Assembly (NCBI GenBank): GCA_965243105.1
Contig: CBDEUC010000003.1
Coordinates: 972,793-1,036,792, forward strand
Direction of reading: 5' to 3'
Source of the DNA: Gammaproteobacteria bacterium
GTDB lineage: Bacteria; Pseudomonadota; Gammaproteobacteria; Eutrophobiales; Eutrophobiaceae
DNA length: 64,000 bases
Shown: piece after piece, positions 10,391 to 21,890 of the stretch
Position numbering within the stretch: position 1 is the first letter of the stretch
How the letters are laid out: every line of letters starts with the position of its first letter
Position numbers and translations under genes: made by a program
The notes under the pieces: generated by a model
The model's input: only the letters and a program-made list of their open reading frames with translations
Databases searched by the model: none
What the model was told of the DNA's origin: nothing

Positions 10391-11257
10391 TCAGGCCGGT
10401 TTCTCTCCAAGCGAGGTTGCCTTACGAGTATTGCCGTGGGCACTGTGTGGAGTACGCAGCACGCCATCGACAGATTTTTCCAGTTCGCGGATTTCATCCG
10501 CCAGCTTCACCGCGGCTCTCAGGGTTTCATGCCCGGCAGCAACGAGAGGTACGTATCGCTCCGCTTCCTTGACCATGAAGCAGCCCTTCGTGGTTAACTT
10601 TGCCACTGACTCTACAATACCCAGCGCGGCGATTGCCTTGGCGACCGAATAAGGGTTTGCAAACTGTGTCGCGGCAACCACGTCTTCTGCCTCTGCCACC
10701 AGCCGCGGCATCTCCAGTGTTTCCCCGAGCTTGATCTCGGACACCACCTTGTCCAGCGCGACCTGTAAAAAACGCGTGACGCCGGTGACCGCGTGCACCT
10801 TGATCACGTCGGCATTAAAGAGACTCATCTCGCTTGGGTCGAGGAACTCGCGCCGTGCACCGATCATGGGATCGCAGGGTAAAACGATAAAGCCCTGGTT
10901 ATCAGCAACCTTGAAAATCTTGTTGCCATCATCGTCCTTGCCTATGAAGGCTTTTTTCGAAGGGCCGTCGGAAAGCGTGATCGAGGCAAGACCTTTTTCA
11001 GAAAAAGTATCGCGCGCCTGGGTCGGACCCGGTAATGCCGCATTGGGGCTGCTGATAATAACAATGTCGGGTTCATATCCAATGATATCTTCCACGATCG
11101 CTGAGCAGGATTCCGGGTCCAGCTTGGCACCACTCGTATAACCACGTACTTCAAGGTCGTCGCGGTCTGCTCGCTCATCAAGAATAAGATCAAGCAGGGG
11201 TGCGGCCCCGATACAACCAAACTTTGCAACTGCAATCTTTACAATACCTTCGGACAT
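10391..11257 (-). CDS. Homolog of F420-dependent methylene-tetrahydromethanopterin dehydrogenase (Mtd family, archaeal type)
   Basis: 288-aa ORF with the blocks LLDLILDERADR, SSPNAALPGP, MIGARREFLDPSEM and FNADVIKV. These match the conserved blocks of methanogen Mtd as I recall them. Confidence 0.7.
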   Translation of the reverse strand: MSEGIVKIAVAKFGCIGAAPLLDLILDERADRDDLEVRGYTSGAKLDPESCSAIVEDIIGYEPDIVIISSPNAALPGPTQARDTFSEKGLASITLSDGPSKKAFIGKDDDGNKIFKVADNQGFIVLPCDPMIGARREFLDPSEMSLFNADVIKVHAVTGVTRFLQVALDKVVSEIKLGETLEMPRLVAEAEDVVAATQFANPYSVAKAIAALGIVESVAKLTTKGCFMVKEAERYVPLVAAGHETLRAAVKLADEIRELEKSVDGVLRTPHSAHGNTRKATSLGEKPA

Positions 11258-11281
11258 ACCTATCTCCGTTTTTAAATCAGT

Positions 11282-11695
11282 TTATCTTTCAGGGTGGATG
11301 ATATACGTGCTAATAAGGCCGTTCTCCAGTTCCACCCAACCAAAAAACGGCAATGCTTCACCTTCTTTTCCTACTACGTTTGCACGAAAGGCTCCAGACT
11401 TGCCGTCACAAACGACTGCATGCACCTTGTGCTTGAAACCGATTGCCTGCATTTCGCCAATACGTGCTGCAAGAAAATCCTCGATAGCCTGGCGTCCCTT
11501 CAAGGTATCTACGTTCCTCCTGCTATGACCATCATGTTCCCATACCTGCGTGTGTATCCATTCGGCGTCTTCATTAAAGGCCCGGGCGGCACTGCTGGCA
11601 TCAGCACTGTCGATATTATCGAAATAGGTATGCTGCAAAAGCCTGAGCAGGCCATCGCTATCAAGCAAAGACGCGCTCACGCTATCAGCTTCCAA
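11282..11695 (-). CDS. NTF2-like / SnoaL-like domain protein
   Basis: 137-aa ORF with a small alpha+beta cone-like composition. It overlaps the upstream LLM gene end by about 10 bp. Confidence 0.45.
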   Translation of the reverse strand: MEADSVSASLLDSDGLLRLLQHTYFDNIDSADASSAARAFNEDAEWIHTQVWEHDGHSRRNVDTLKGRQAIEDFLAARIGEMQAIGFKHKVHAVVCDGKSGAFRANVVGKEGEALPFFGWVELENGLISTYIIHPER

Positions 11696-12722
11696 GAACT
11701 TCCATCAGTACGGGCAGGGCCTCGGGTTGTGTCACCGAGCAGATCATCGTCTTTATATAATCGCCCTGTGCCAGCCATTTTTCCGCACGGGCTTGTATGT
11801 CCTTTTTGGTTCCAACCAGCGCAATCTCGTCCACCAGTTCATCTGGAATAAGCATCGTGGCCTCTTCCTTGTTACCGGCAAGGTAAAGATCCTGGATTTC
11901 CCCGGCGACGTCTGCATAACCCATCTTTGAGGCAAAATCCTTGTAGAAATTCTTTTTCTTTGAACCCATGCCACCGATATAGAGTGCCAGGAACTGCTTG
12001 ATTGGAAGACGGCACGCGTCAATGTCATCACCCATCTGCACGGTCACAAAAGGCGCAATATCAAAATCAGCAAAGGATTTTCCATTGCCTGCGATTGCAA
12101 ATCCTTTCTCCACATCTTTTGTGATGAGATCAATCTTGTCAGGACTCATGAACACCGGGAAAACACCGTCTGCCACTTCCCCGGAAAGACGCATGCCCGC
12201 AGGAGTAAATGAAGCGGTGTATATCGGCGTATTTTCTTCTGCGCTGAGGATGGACTTGAGGGGTTTACCCATGCCAATGGAGCCCGGGCCCTTGTAGGGA
12301 AGCTGGTATATCTCACCGTCATAGCTCACCGGCCCCTGGCGCGCAAAAATTTCCCTGACAATTTCTATGCACTCTCGCATGCGCTGCAACGGCTGGTCAT
12401 AACCAACACCGTGCCAGCCTTCGACGACCTGTGGACCCGATGCGCCAAGCCCGAGAATAAATCGACCACCGGACAGTTGTGACATGCTCATTGCAGTCAT
12501 GGCAGTGTTGGCAGGTGTTCTTGCCGGTGTTTGCATAATGGCAGTACCGACCTTTAACTTGCTTGTTTGTGCAAGGATCCAGGATGCCACGGTGACCGCG
12601 TCAGACCCGTAGGCCTCAGCAATCCACACCGAGTCCACACCCATGGCTTCCGCCTGGAGAATAAGATCCATTGGCGGGGCCAGGGTCTTTCCCGAGTATC
12701 CAAGAAGTAGTCCTAGTTTCAT
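11685..12722 (-). CDS. LLM-class (luciferase-like) flavin/F420-dependent oxidoreductase
   Basis: 345-aa ORF with the bacterial-luciferase TIM-barrel signature and the GGMGS..NFY region. It lies 3 bp downstream of tgt. Confidence 0.75.
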   Translation of the reverse strand: MKLGLLLGYSGKTLAPPMDLILQAEAMGVDSVWIAEAYGSDAVTVASWILAQTSKLKVGTAIMQTPARTPANTAMTAMSMSQLSGGRFILGLGASGPQVVEGWHGVGYDQPLQRMRECIEIVREIFARQGPVSYDGEIYQLPYKGPGSIGMGKPLKSILSAEENTPIYTASFTPAGMRLSGEVADGVFPVFMSPDKIDLITKDVEKGFAIAGNGKSFADFDIAPFVTVQMGDDIDACRLPIKQFLALYIGGMGSKKKNFYKDFASKMGYADVAGEIQDLYLAGNKEEATMLIPDELVDEIALVGTKKDIQARAEKWLAQGDYIKTMICSVTQPEALPVLMEVLGS

Positions 12723-12725
12723 TTA

Positions 12726-13889
<1,164 letters not shown>

Positions 13890-14046
13890 TCAAACAGAAA
13901 AGCGGACTCTCAGTGGCAGGGAGGCCACTGAGAAGCGTACATGGACGTATTAACAGCGGGTCCGCGTTCTGTTGATGGACATGTTGTCCTGGGATCAATG
14001 ACATATTCTGAATCCAGCGCTTCTTTTCTTAAACAAACAGCTTTGC

Positions 14047-15066
14047 TTATCCAATGAACATCGCATCGCCATAACTAAAAAACCGGTACTTTTCATCGAC
14101 AGCATGCCGATAAGCATTCAGCACATTCTCCCTGCCCGCAAAGGCACTGACAAGCATCAGCAGCGTTGATTCCGGCAGGTGAAAGTTCGTCAACAGCGCG
14201 TCCACCACCTGGAACTCGTAGCCGGGATAAATAAAGATATCCGTATCACCCTGGAAGGGCTGCACTTCGCCCTCGATACAGGCGGACTCCAGGCAACGCA
14301 CTGCTGTCGTGCCCACGGCGATCACGCGACCACCCTTTGCCCGTGCCGTGCGCACCTTTTCGCACAGGGCCTCGTTTACCTCGTACCACTCGCTGTGCAT
14401 CCTGTGCTCTTCGATTTCCTCGCAGCGAACCGGTTGAAAGGTTCCCGCGGCCACGTGCAGGGTCACAAAACCGCTTTGCACCCCCTTGCTGTCAAGTGTC
14501 TCGATTAATTCATTGGTGAAGTGCAGGCCCGCGGTGGGCGCGGCTACTGCGCCCGGGTGCCGGGCGTAAACTGTCTGGTAACGTTCCCTGTCTTCAGCAT
14601 CGTCTTCCCTGGTAATGTAGGGCGGCAGCGGTACATGGCCAAGCTGCTCGAGTTTCTCCACCAGCTCGCCTTCATCAACAAGCTCCAGTTCAAAGAATTC
14701 ATCTCGCCTGCCCCGTACCAGCAGCTGTGAACCATCCTCGAGCACAAGTCGGGAACCCGCCCTCGGGGTTTTACTGGCTTTCACCTGGCACAACATGGAT
14801 CGCTCATCCAGTAGTCGTTCCAGCAGGATTTCAACCTTGCCACCTGACTCCTTCCTGCCGAATAATCGCGCCGGTACCACGCGCGTATTGTTAAAGACAA
14901 GCAGGTCATTGGGGAAGAGCATCGACTCGATGTCCAGGAACATGCAGTCGCGGTAATTGCTGCTATTCCGGTCAAGACAAAGCAGTCGACTATCCCCACG
15001 CTTTTGCGGCGGGTGCTGAGCAATAAGGTTTTCCGGGAGGTGGTATTGGAAATCGTTTAGCCTCAT
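14047..15066 (-). CDS. queA: S-adenosylmethionine:tRNA ribosyltransferase-isomerase
   Basis: MRLNDFQYHLPENLIAQHP start and the typical QueA length. Confidence 0.9.
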   Translation of the reverse strand: MRLNDFQYHLPENLIAQHPPQKRGDSRLLCLDRNSSNYRDCMFLDIESMLFPNDLLVFNNTRVVPARLFGRKESGGKVEILLERLLDERSMLCQVKASKTPRAGSRLVLEDGSQLLVRGRRDEFFELELVDEGELVEKLEQLGHVPLPPYITREDDAEDRERYQTVYARHPGAVAAPTAGLHFTNELIETLDSKGVQSGFVTLHVAAGTFQPVRCEEIEEHRMHSEWYEVNEALCEKVRTARAKGGRVIAVGTTAVRCLESACIEGEVQPFQGDTDIFIYPGYEFQVVDALLTNFHLPESTLLMLVSAFAGRENVLNAYRHAVDEKYRFFSYGDAMFIG

Positions 15067-15186
15067 GCGCCGCGATGGTAGCAAATTAGCTGATACTCAA
15101 CATGGAGAGTTTTGATATTTGCCGGGCCGGGTTGGCTTACCCAGGCGCGGGCCTTACGCAGCTAATGAATGTCCATGTATTGGACA

Positions 15187-16296
15187 CTAGCTATGCCATA
15201 TTTGTGCTTCTGCAATAATCCTTACCAGCTGCGCCTGGTTACGGGTCCCCGTCTTGTCGAAAATCCTGTGTAACTGGGTACGTACTGTCGAGACCTTGAC
15301 TCCCTTGTGTTCGGCGATTTGTGCCGGTGTAAATCCTGAATAGATGTAACCGGCAATAGCCGCTTCTGCGACAGTCAGCCCAAGTAGATCCTGGAGAAAC
15401 AGGGTATCGACCTGTCGGTCCTGCAGTGTTTGGTGAACGAATATTCCAACCAGGTCCCCGTCAGTTTTAAATGCATGTTGGTTGCTATCTATTGGAAATA
15501 TCATCAGGCGATAGGTATCAGGGCCGCTTGAACCTGCAACGTTCATAATGAAAGACCCCAGGTGTCGTATTTTTTTAAACACCGCTTGCATCTCTTCACT
15601 CGTGGTCCGTCTTGTACACGAAAGCAGGCCCTGGGAAATCACCAGCCCGTCCGCCTTCTTGAGAATTGTTTCAGCAAGTAAATTTTGAAACACCGGCCTC
15701 CCATCAGTTGAGCAAACAATGGCTGCAGTGTTGGTCATTGCTAACAGGCGTTCCAGTAAGCTATTTTGTCTCTCTCCGCGGCACAGCTTTTCATGGATAT
15801 CAAAGGCGCGTTTCAGGTGTGCAACCAGTTCAGACATTGAGTGTTTGTCTGCCTGGCTAAAACGCTGGCTGGTAAATGGTCGGGAAATGGCAACTGCCTT
15901 GGTTGAAGCCGGCGTGCCTGCAATCGAACCGCTTAATTGCTGCCCACAATCCGCCGGTTTCAGAATATCATTATAGAAATCAGTTTTTTTCAACTGCGTG
16001 TCGCTGATGTGCTCCTCGCCAATGATGACGGACTGCTTTGGCCAGTTGCGACGCGCTATCTGGTACCAGATATCACCATCAAGAAAATACTCTTCCATGT
16101 ATCGCTTCTGAATTTCTTCGGGGTTTCGTACGTGGACGTGAATATCGCTTTTGGGAAAGAAATGATTGTGGCACATCAGTACACAAACACTGGCGTCGTA
16201 GTAGTCAGCGATATTGTTCAGCACAGCGTCCCACTGCGAACTATCCATGGACGCATCGTAAATTTTTTCTATCAACTCGCTAGATAACAGGGTCAT
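15187..16296 (-). CDS. LuxR-family transcriptional regulator with an N-terminal domain of unknown type
   Basis: C-terminal LuxR-type HTH (LLGLTVAEAAIAGYIYSGFTPAQIAEHKGVKVSTVRTQLHRIFDKTGTRNQAQL). It is divergent from the large secreted-protein operon. Confidence 0.7.
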   Translation of the reverse strand: MTLLSSELIEKIYDASMDSSQWDAVLNNIADYYDASVCVLMCHNHFFPKSDIHVHVRNPEEIQKRYMEEYFLDGDIWYQIARRNWPKQSVIIGEEHISDTQLKKTDFYNDILKPADCGQQLSGSIAGTPASTKAVAISRPFTSQRFSQADKHSMSELVAHLKRAFDIHEKLCRGERQNSLLERLLAMTNTAAIVCSTDGRPVFQNLLAETILKKADGLVISQGLLSCTRRTTSEEMQAVFKKIRHLGSFIMNVAGSSGPDTYRLMIFPIDSNQHAFKTDGDLVGIFVHQTLQDRQVDTLFLQDLLGLTVAEAAIAGYIYSGFTPAQIAEHKGVKVSTVRTQLHRIFDKTGTRNQAQLVRIIAEAQIWHS

Positions 16297-16464
16297 TTTC
16301 GAAGCCTGTGAAAGTCCTCAAAAGTGGACCATGGCAACGTACATCATTTGATGTACGACTTGAGTGTAAAGGCTGTGATAAGCTTCACAGAAACAAGAAC
16401 AAGCCACTGATTTCGGTAATAATTATTCTCAACAATAAAGAACGTATTGGCGATTAAGTTCAAG

Positions 16465-19400
16465 ATGTTAAATTCGATATTTCAAGTCATTTCCAGAACC
16501 AGCCTCGTGTTGATGCTGTGCCTGCTTCCCTACCCTGGACAAGATCTTCAGGCTGATGAAGATGATTTGATTGAAAAGGCCGAAGAAACTGCGGAAAAAA
16601 TCAAGGACCTGATTGAAAAGTACCAGAAAGCAGAAGTTAATATCGTCAAGCAGGAAGTCGTCACAATCAAGGACACCAGTGGCAATCCCAGGGATTGTGA
16701 TATGGCGGTTTTTTACGGTAATGGTCAACAGGCGCGCCTGACCACCAAGGATGGAAAATTTGACGGCAACTTTGATCACAAGCACAACAAGAATGTACCC
16801 AACAAGGCATTAAGTGTTCGCCTGTCCAACTGTGAATGCCGCGCGATAAAAACCAAACACCAGGTCACCTGGCTTGGCATCGACACGGAACTGGAAAAGC
16901 TCAAGGAAGTTCTCAAGGAAGAAATTGAAGAAGCTGGCAAGGAAAAGGCCAAGGAATATGCGGAGAAAGTCATTCAGAAACTTGCCGAGAAAGTCGGTTC
17001 CGGTGTGGCCGCCGGTGCCAGCAGTTTTCTTTCCGGTTTCAAGGCCGGCGCGGACATGGGTGCTCCGGTTGGTGAGTTTATCACCGACAACATCAACAAG
17101 ATCCTTGATTCCACGGTTAACAAGAATATCGAAGCCGCCGAGCTGAATGGTAATGCACCGCTTTATCCCAGTGTCGGCCATGCGGAGTTACGCGGTCGCT
17201 GGGGTAATACCTTTGGTGCCAACCCACAACTACGAAACACATGGAATATCACGGTACGCTGTGGCAGCAGGGTGATTCCACCGTCAGCGGCGAGCTGGAG
17301 CAACGTCGATGACCTGGTGAAAAGAGAATACCGCGAGAGCCCTGCGGGAAGGCAGGAGGCAGCCGATGCGGCAGCGGCTCGCGCCGAGCAGCAGGCACAG
17401 GCACAACGACAAAGGGAAGCTGAAGCAGCTGAACGTCGTGCCGAAGCCGAACGCCAGGCTGAAGAACGAAAGCGGGAAGCAGAACGTAAACGACGCGAAG
17501 CTGAACGCAAGCGCCTGTACGAAGAACGCCAGCGTAAACTCAAGGCAAAGGCCGCCGAAATAGCAAAGACCTGCACCATCTGCGACCCGATCAGGAATGA
17601 CATCAAGGCGGTACAGGGTCAAATTGAAAAGACCACTGGTGAAATCCCCGATCTTGAACAGGCGGTCACTGACGCTGAGAAAAAAGCCGACCAGGCACGC
17701 AACAAGGTGAAGCAGGCCTCGCAGAAGCTCACCAACTTCCGTAATCCCAGCAGCTCAGCCACGGATGTTGAAAGTGGTCGCACCGTTGACAGTAGCGACC
17801 TTGAAGTAAGAAGACAGGCATCCATTGAAGCGATGGATCGTTACCGTGATGGTAAGCAAAGTGCCCAGGAAACGTCTGAGCAATGGGAAGAGTTAAACGA
17901 TCCGGGAGTTATCAAGGACCTGAAAGAAAAAGCGGATAAAAGACTCGAGGCGGAACTGCAGGCCGCCCAGGAAAAAAGCAGACAGGCCGATGAAGCTGTT
18001 GCTGCAGCAAAGCGTAAATTGAACGCAGCGAACAGGAAACTCAAGGAACTTGAAAGAGAGTTAAAAGAGCTACAGGCAAAGCTTGAAGAATGTATCAAGA
18101 AGTGCAAGCAGTATTCTCTTGATATTGCAAAAGGCCGGTACACCGAGGTTGGTGACCTGATGGACTACAGTCCGAGCTTCTACGCCCAGGGAAATACCGA
18201 AGACACGCAAAAAGAAACCATACCGCAGGGTGCAAAGACAGATCCAGGTACAGCAACACCACCGGCGCCTGCCGCCAATCCAGTGGGTAACCAGGATAAA
18301 CCTGTACAGGTTGGGCTGACCTGTGTCGGTTTCGGCTGCTCAGGCCCTGTATCCGGTTTTTGCCTGGGCGAATCCTGCAACCAGGATGTGAATCTCAACT
18401 GCAGCGGCAGCGGCTGTACCGAGCTTGTGAACATCGTGTGTCTCGACGGTGGTTGCCCGACAGTGCTTGACTACAACTGTAACGGAAATTCCTGCTCGAG
18501 CACGCTGGATTACTTCTGTGGTCCCGCAGGCTGCCAGTCGAACCCGGCCCAGGGAGGAGGATTCCTCGCTGGCCTTGGTGACAGCAATCCTTACGAGTTT
18601 CCTATTAAATGTTCTGGCGCAGGTTGCGGCTACGAATACATTGGTGGTACCTGCTACGGCAGTGCTTGCCCGGAGACCGGTGAACTAAGCTGCCCGGGTA
18701 CCGGTTGCACAGAATCCATTGAACTTAACTGCAGCGGCAATCTTTGCGATGACCAGTTCAACTATGATTGCTATGGCGAGAGCTGTTCAAACTTCCTGCA
18801 GGTCAACTGTAGCGGTAGCAGCTGTGACCAGCTGGATGCTTTTCATCCTTCATCACAACCTTACCTGACCGGTGCCGCACCAGGTGGCCAGGCCATCCTC
18901 AGCAGTGGTGCAGGCGTAGCACCAACAACGAATGCTAGCGACATTAAACCAGTTGTTACACCACGCGGCAGTAGCGACGTAATACCTTCATCCAATTCTG
19001 ACATAAGCGTACTGCAATCGGCCGCTGAGAAAATCTCCCGCAATGCTGGCGCCTGCCTGGACGCCGACTGCCCGAAGATCGATTGCGCCACGGCCGCCAC
19101 TTTACTGCAGGGACTTATTGTCTCTGAAGCCAACCTGGATGAAATGTACAAGTGGTTGATACAGGCAAGTGACGACGCCATGGCTCACCTGCTGAGTTTG
19201 AATGAGAATGACATTATCACCTCGGAACAATTGGCCCAGGCCCAGGACGCCCAGGCCTTGCACAAGTACCTTCATGATATCGGTAGCCTGCTACTTGACC
19301 TTGCCTCGCTCAAGGAAGCCGTGGACAAGGTTAAAAGTGGCGAATTCGCCTCTGGTAGCTCGGCACAGCAACTGGATGATGTGTACGAAACATTGAAGGA

Positions 19401-21339
19401 TTTTGAAAGTGCTGTAGGCACCATTGGCGCCGCAAATGGTGCAACAACCTGGGCACCTACCTCTAACACTCCGGGACACGTCATCGGCGCACTGGGTGGG
19501 GATGCAATCGCGGATTCTGTTGGTGCAAAAAATGCCACGCCGGAAAACATTGGCTCCGCCATCAATGACGTGAAGAGTCAAATTAACGATGCCATTTCCA
19601 TCGTGCAGGATGCGAAGGACGGTAAGACACCAACGGCTGCCGTAGGCAAGGCCATAGGTCGCATCCTCAAAAACATCTCGGTTGGCAAAATGCGCGAACG
19701 ACAGGCGCAAATGGATGAGTACATTCGTAACATTGGTGCAAATGCCGGTGCAATTGCCTCTTCCATGGCCTTCCTGCAGAAAACCAATAGTCGTCGCTTT
19801 GCCGTAGAAGATGCACTAAAGGCCATTCGCGCTGCGAAAGGTGCGCTAATGGCCTGCATGGTCAAGGCCTGCGGTGCCATGAGTCTGGCCCGTCCAAATG
19901 TCAGCACGAATTTTGATGGTTGGGGCGGGGCACTCAGGCACTTTAATGGTCTTACACGGGGTTTGTTCACCTTGCTCGACGGTACTTTTGCTGTAGAGGA
20001 TCACTGCCCTGGAACGGAAACCGCTATTTCACTTTTCAGTGGTGATGGCATGGGCTCCGGAAACACCAGTGTCATAGGGGCCAACACAAACCTGACGCCG
20101 ACACACGAGGTGACGGCAAAGTGCCCGCGCTGCCAGCCCATCGCTGACAAGCTGGCTGCTAACCTGAGCGAAACCGATTACTGGCGTGCAGAAAAAGCCG
20201 CCATCGAAGAAAAACTTCGCCAGGCCGAAACCCTGCGCCAACGCCGCGGCGTACTGGAAAGTCGTAAGGCCAGTAACCGGCGCTCAATCCAACAATTGAA
20301 CCAGGGGCGGGCAGATTCAAAAGCCTTTGGTTTTTACTGGGGTGGTGGTCTTGCTTTCATGCTGCGACAGGCCGAAGCCAGGGGAAGAGACCTGCAACGG
20401 CAGATAGAAGAAATGTCCCGTGAAATCGACCGCCTTGAAGCAAGGAAGAACGAACTCGAAACTATTGACGCTCGGCTTTCAAAGCTACTGGATGAAAGGC
20501 GCGGTCTGCGAACAGATCTGCGTTATTGCCAGGAACAGTATTGTAAAGATTATGACCAAGACAACGCGGCGGTGGGACGTTTTATTGGTGAAATTTTTGC
20601 CGATGTAGAGTTGGTGGATGTCAAGCATGTGAGCGGCAACAATCCCTACGATCGGCGCGACCCAATCGCACCGGATGCGAACCGCATCGGCATGTCGAAT
20701 CCGGTTTCAGGTATGAGCACGGGAGGAGGCACCGGCGGTACAGGTGGTGGTATGACCGGTGGTGGTGGAGGTGTCATGATGGAACCCACCATCCAGGTAT
20801 TACCCTTTGGCAGCACCTTTATCCCCTTTGATAACCTCAGCCTGGTGGGCCCGGATGCCTGCCCGAGCGATCACTACCATGGCGGAGACGTCATCGCCTG
20901 CGATGGCAGTACTGCCAGTGATCCCGCACCCGGCGTATGTGGTTACGGTACACCCGATGACATCGTGGAAATCCCAGAGTCTTCCTGTACCGATCCCAAT
21001 GCGGGCACCGTGATCCCCATCATGCTGTCAGCATCCATCAATGCCCAGTGTGATGTAAATTCTGGTAATGGTACGAACACACTGAATATCGATGGCACAA
21101 ATTTCTGTAACGTGAGCGGCCCCGCACCCCAGGTGGCAGGGGGCACCCACAACTTCACCTGCCAGGAACACACCCAGGTGACCATTACCGGCACCTGCTC
21201 AACAACCCAGTGTCGGGCGTTTCTCAATTCAACAACGAACCTGGATTGCCCATTTCCCGATGGCGGCTTTTTTGGCGGGACCTTTGGCGACTCCGGCGGC
21301 TATACCGGCACGGTTTCAGAAAACTGCACTTGTGACTAA
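16465..21339 (+). CDS. Very large secreted protein of unknown function. It has a signal peptide, coiled coils, an ER/K-rich single alpha-helix, about 12 tandem C-x-G-x-x-C repeats, a Gly-rich segment and a C-terminal Cys-containing domain.
   Basis: 1630-aa ORF. The likely start is MLNSIFQVISRTSLVLMLCLLPYPGQDLQA, a signal peptide. I recognise no enzymatic motif. Confidence 0.7.
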   Translation: MLNSIFQVISRTSLVLMLCLLPYPGQDLQADEDDLIEKAEETAEKIKDLIEKYQKAEVNIVKQEVVTIKDTSGNPRDCDMAVFYGNGQQARLTTKDGKFDGNFDHKHNKNVPNKALSVRLSNCECRAIKTKHQVTWLGIDTELEKLKEVLKEEIEEAGKEKAKEYAEKVIQKLAEKVGSGVAAGASSFLSGFKAGADMGAPVGEFITDNINKILDSTVNKNIEAAELNGNAPLYPSVGHAELRGRWGNTFGANPQLRNTWNITVRCGSRVIPPSAASWSNVDDLVKREYRESPAGRQEAADAAAARAEQQAQAQRQREAEAAERRAEAERQAEERKREAERKRREAERKRLYEERQRKLKAKAAEIAKTCTICDPIRNDIKAVQGQIEKTTGEIPDLEQAVTDAEKKADQARNKVKQASQKLTNFRNPSSSATDVESGRTVDSSDLEVRRQASIEAMDRYRDGKQSAQETSEQWEELNDPGVIKDLKEKADKRLEAELQAAQEKSRQADEAVAAAKRKLNAANRKLKELERELKELQAKLEECIKKCKQYSLDIAKGRYTEVGDLMDYSPSFYAQGNTEDTQKETIPQGAKTDPGTATPPAPAANPVGNQDKPVQVGLTCVGFGCSGPVSGFCLGESCNQDVNLNCSGSGCTELVNIVCLDGGCPTVLDYNCNGNSCSSTLDYFCGPAGCQSNPAQGGGFLAGLGDSNPYEFPIKCSGAGCGYEYIGGTCYGSACPETGELSCPGTGCTESIELNCSGNLCDDQFNYDCYGESCSNFLQVNCSGSSCDQLDAFHPSSQPYLTGAAPGGQAILSSGAGVAPTTNASDIKPVVTPRGSSDVIPSSNSDISVLQSAAEKISRNAGACLDADCPKIDCATAATLLQGLIVSEANLDEMYKWLIQASDDAMAHLLSLNENDIITSEQLAQAQDAQALHKYLHDIGSLLLDLASLKEAVDKVKSGEFASGSSAQQLDDVYETLKDFESAVGTIGAANGATTWAPTSNTPGHVIGALGGDAIADSVGAKNATPENIGSAINDVKSQINDAISIVQDAKDGKTPTAAVGKAIGRILKNISVGKMRERQAQMDEYIRNIGANAGAIASSMAFLQKTNSRRFAVEDALKAIRAAKGALMACMVKACGAMSLARPNVSTNFDGWGGALRHFNGLTRGLFTLLDGTFAVEDHCPGTETAISLFSGDGMGSGNTSVIGANTNLTPTHEVTAKCPRCQPIADKLAANLSETDYWRAEKAAIEEKLRQAETLRQRRGVLESRKASNRRSIQQLNQGRADSKAFGFYWGGGLAFMLRQAEARGRDLQRQIEEMSREIDRLEARKNELETIDARLSKLLDERRGLRTDLRYCQEQYCKDYDQDNAAVGRFIGEIFADVELVDVKHVSGNNPYDRRDPIAPDANRIGMSNPVSGMSTGGGTGGTGGGMTGGGGGVMMEPTIQVLPFGSTFIPFDNLSLVGPDACPSDHYHGGDVIACDGSTASDPAPGVCGYGTPDDIVEIPESSCTDPNAGTVIPIMLSASINAQCDVNSGNGTNTLNIDGTNFCNVSGPAPQVAGGTHNFTCQEHTQVTITGTCSTTQCRAFLNSTTNLDCPFPDGGFFGGTFGDSGGYTGTVSENCTCD

Positions 21340-21342
21340 ATA

Positions 21343-21882
21343 ATGAATATATTAAAGACACCAGGCAGACAGGGAACGGCGCTCATCATGGCGTTCCTTG
21401 TACTGTTAAGCACCGTCTATCTCGTCGGTGACAGGGTCGAGGCCAGGCAATTTCGACAGGTCGTACCCATTGCCACCCCGCACAAACTGAAATCCACTCT
21501 TCCCGACGGTGCAAAGGCGATTGAAAATCCCCGGCAGCTTGGCCGCGCCGAAGTGACTTCAGCTGTCAACCAGGTCCTTTCAAAGTGGAATACGGGTGAA
21601 CTTGACCAGACCCTGTCTGATCAATTTTTCGACAGGACGAGATTAACAGATGCGGTGGATAATGTTGTACCAAGAGATGCGACACTACGCTTGCAATCCG
21701 TACAGGGTATCCAGACTCTGCAGCAGTACATCATGCCGGGTGACGCCGGTGACAGTCGCGTCAGTATCGTCTCGGCCACCGTGCGAACTCAGTTGGAATA
21801 CAACGATCCCGAATCCGGTTATGTCGCTGTCCCCGGTGTGAATGAATTCATCCTGAAAGTCACGGAGAAACCGGGTAACTAG
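21343..21882 (+). CDS. Hypothetical protein with an N-terminal signal/anchor
   Basis: 179-aa ORF 3 bp after the giant gene, with one N-terminal hydrophobic helix. Confidence 0.55.
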   Translation: MNILKTPGRQGTALIMAFLVLLSTVYLVGDRVEARQFRQVVPIATPHKLKSTLPDGAKAIENPRQLGRAEVTSAVNQVLSKWNTGELDQTLSDQFFDRTRLTDAVDNVVPRDATLRLQSVQGIQTLQQYIMPGDAGDSRVSIVSATVRTQLEYNDPESGYVAVPGVNEFILKVTEKPGN

Positions 21883-21890
21883 GAAATGAT

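Noticed and set aside
16468-18143. Minus-strand ORFs (100-147 aa) rich in Ala/Ser/Arg antisense to the giant gene's ER/K and coiled-coil region
   Set aside because: They are low-complexity antisense translations of a repetitive coding region.
20690-20780. The Gly-rich stretch (GGGTGGTGGGMTGGGGG) in the giant protein as RTX/T1SS repeats
   Set aside because: It does not follow the GGxGxDxUx nonapeptide pattern, and no ABC/MFP/T1SS genes are adjacent.
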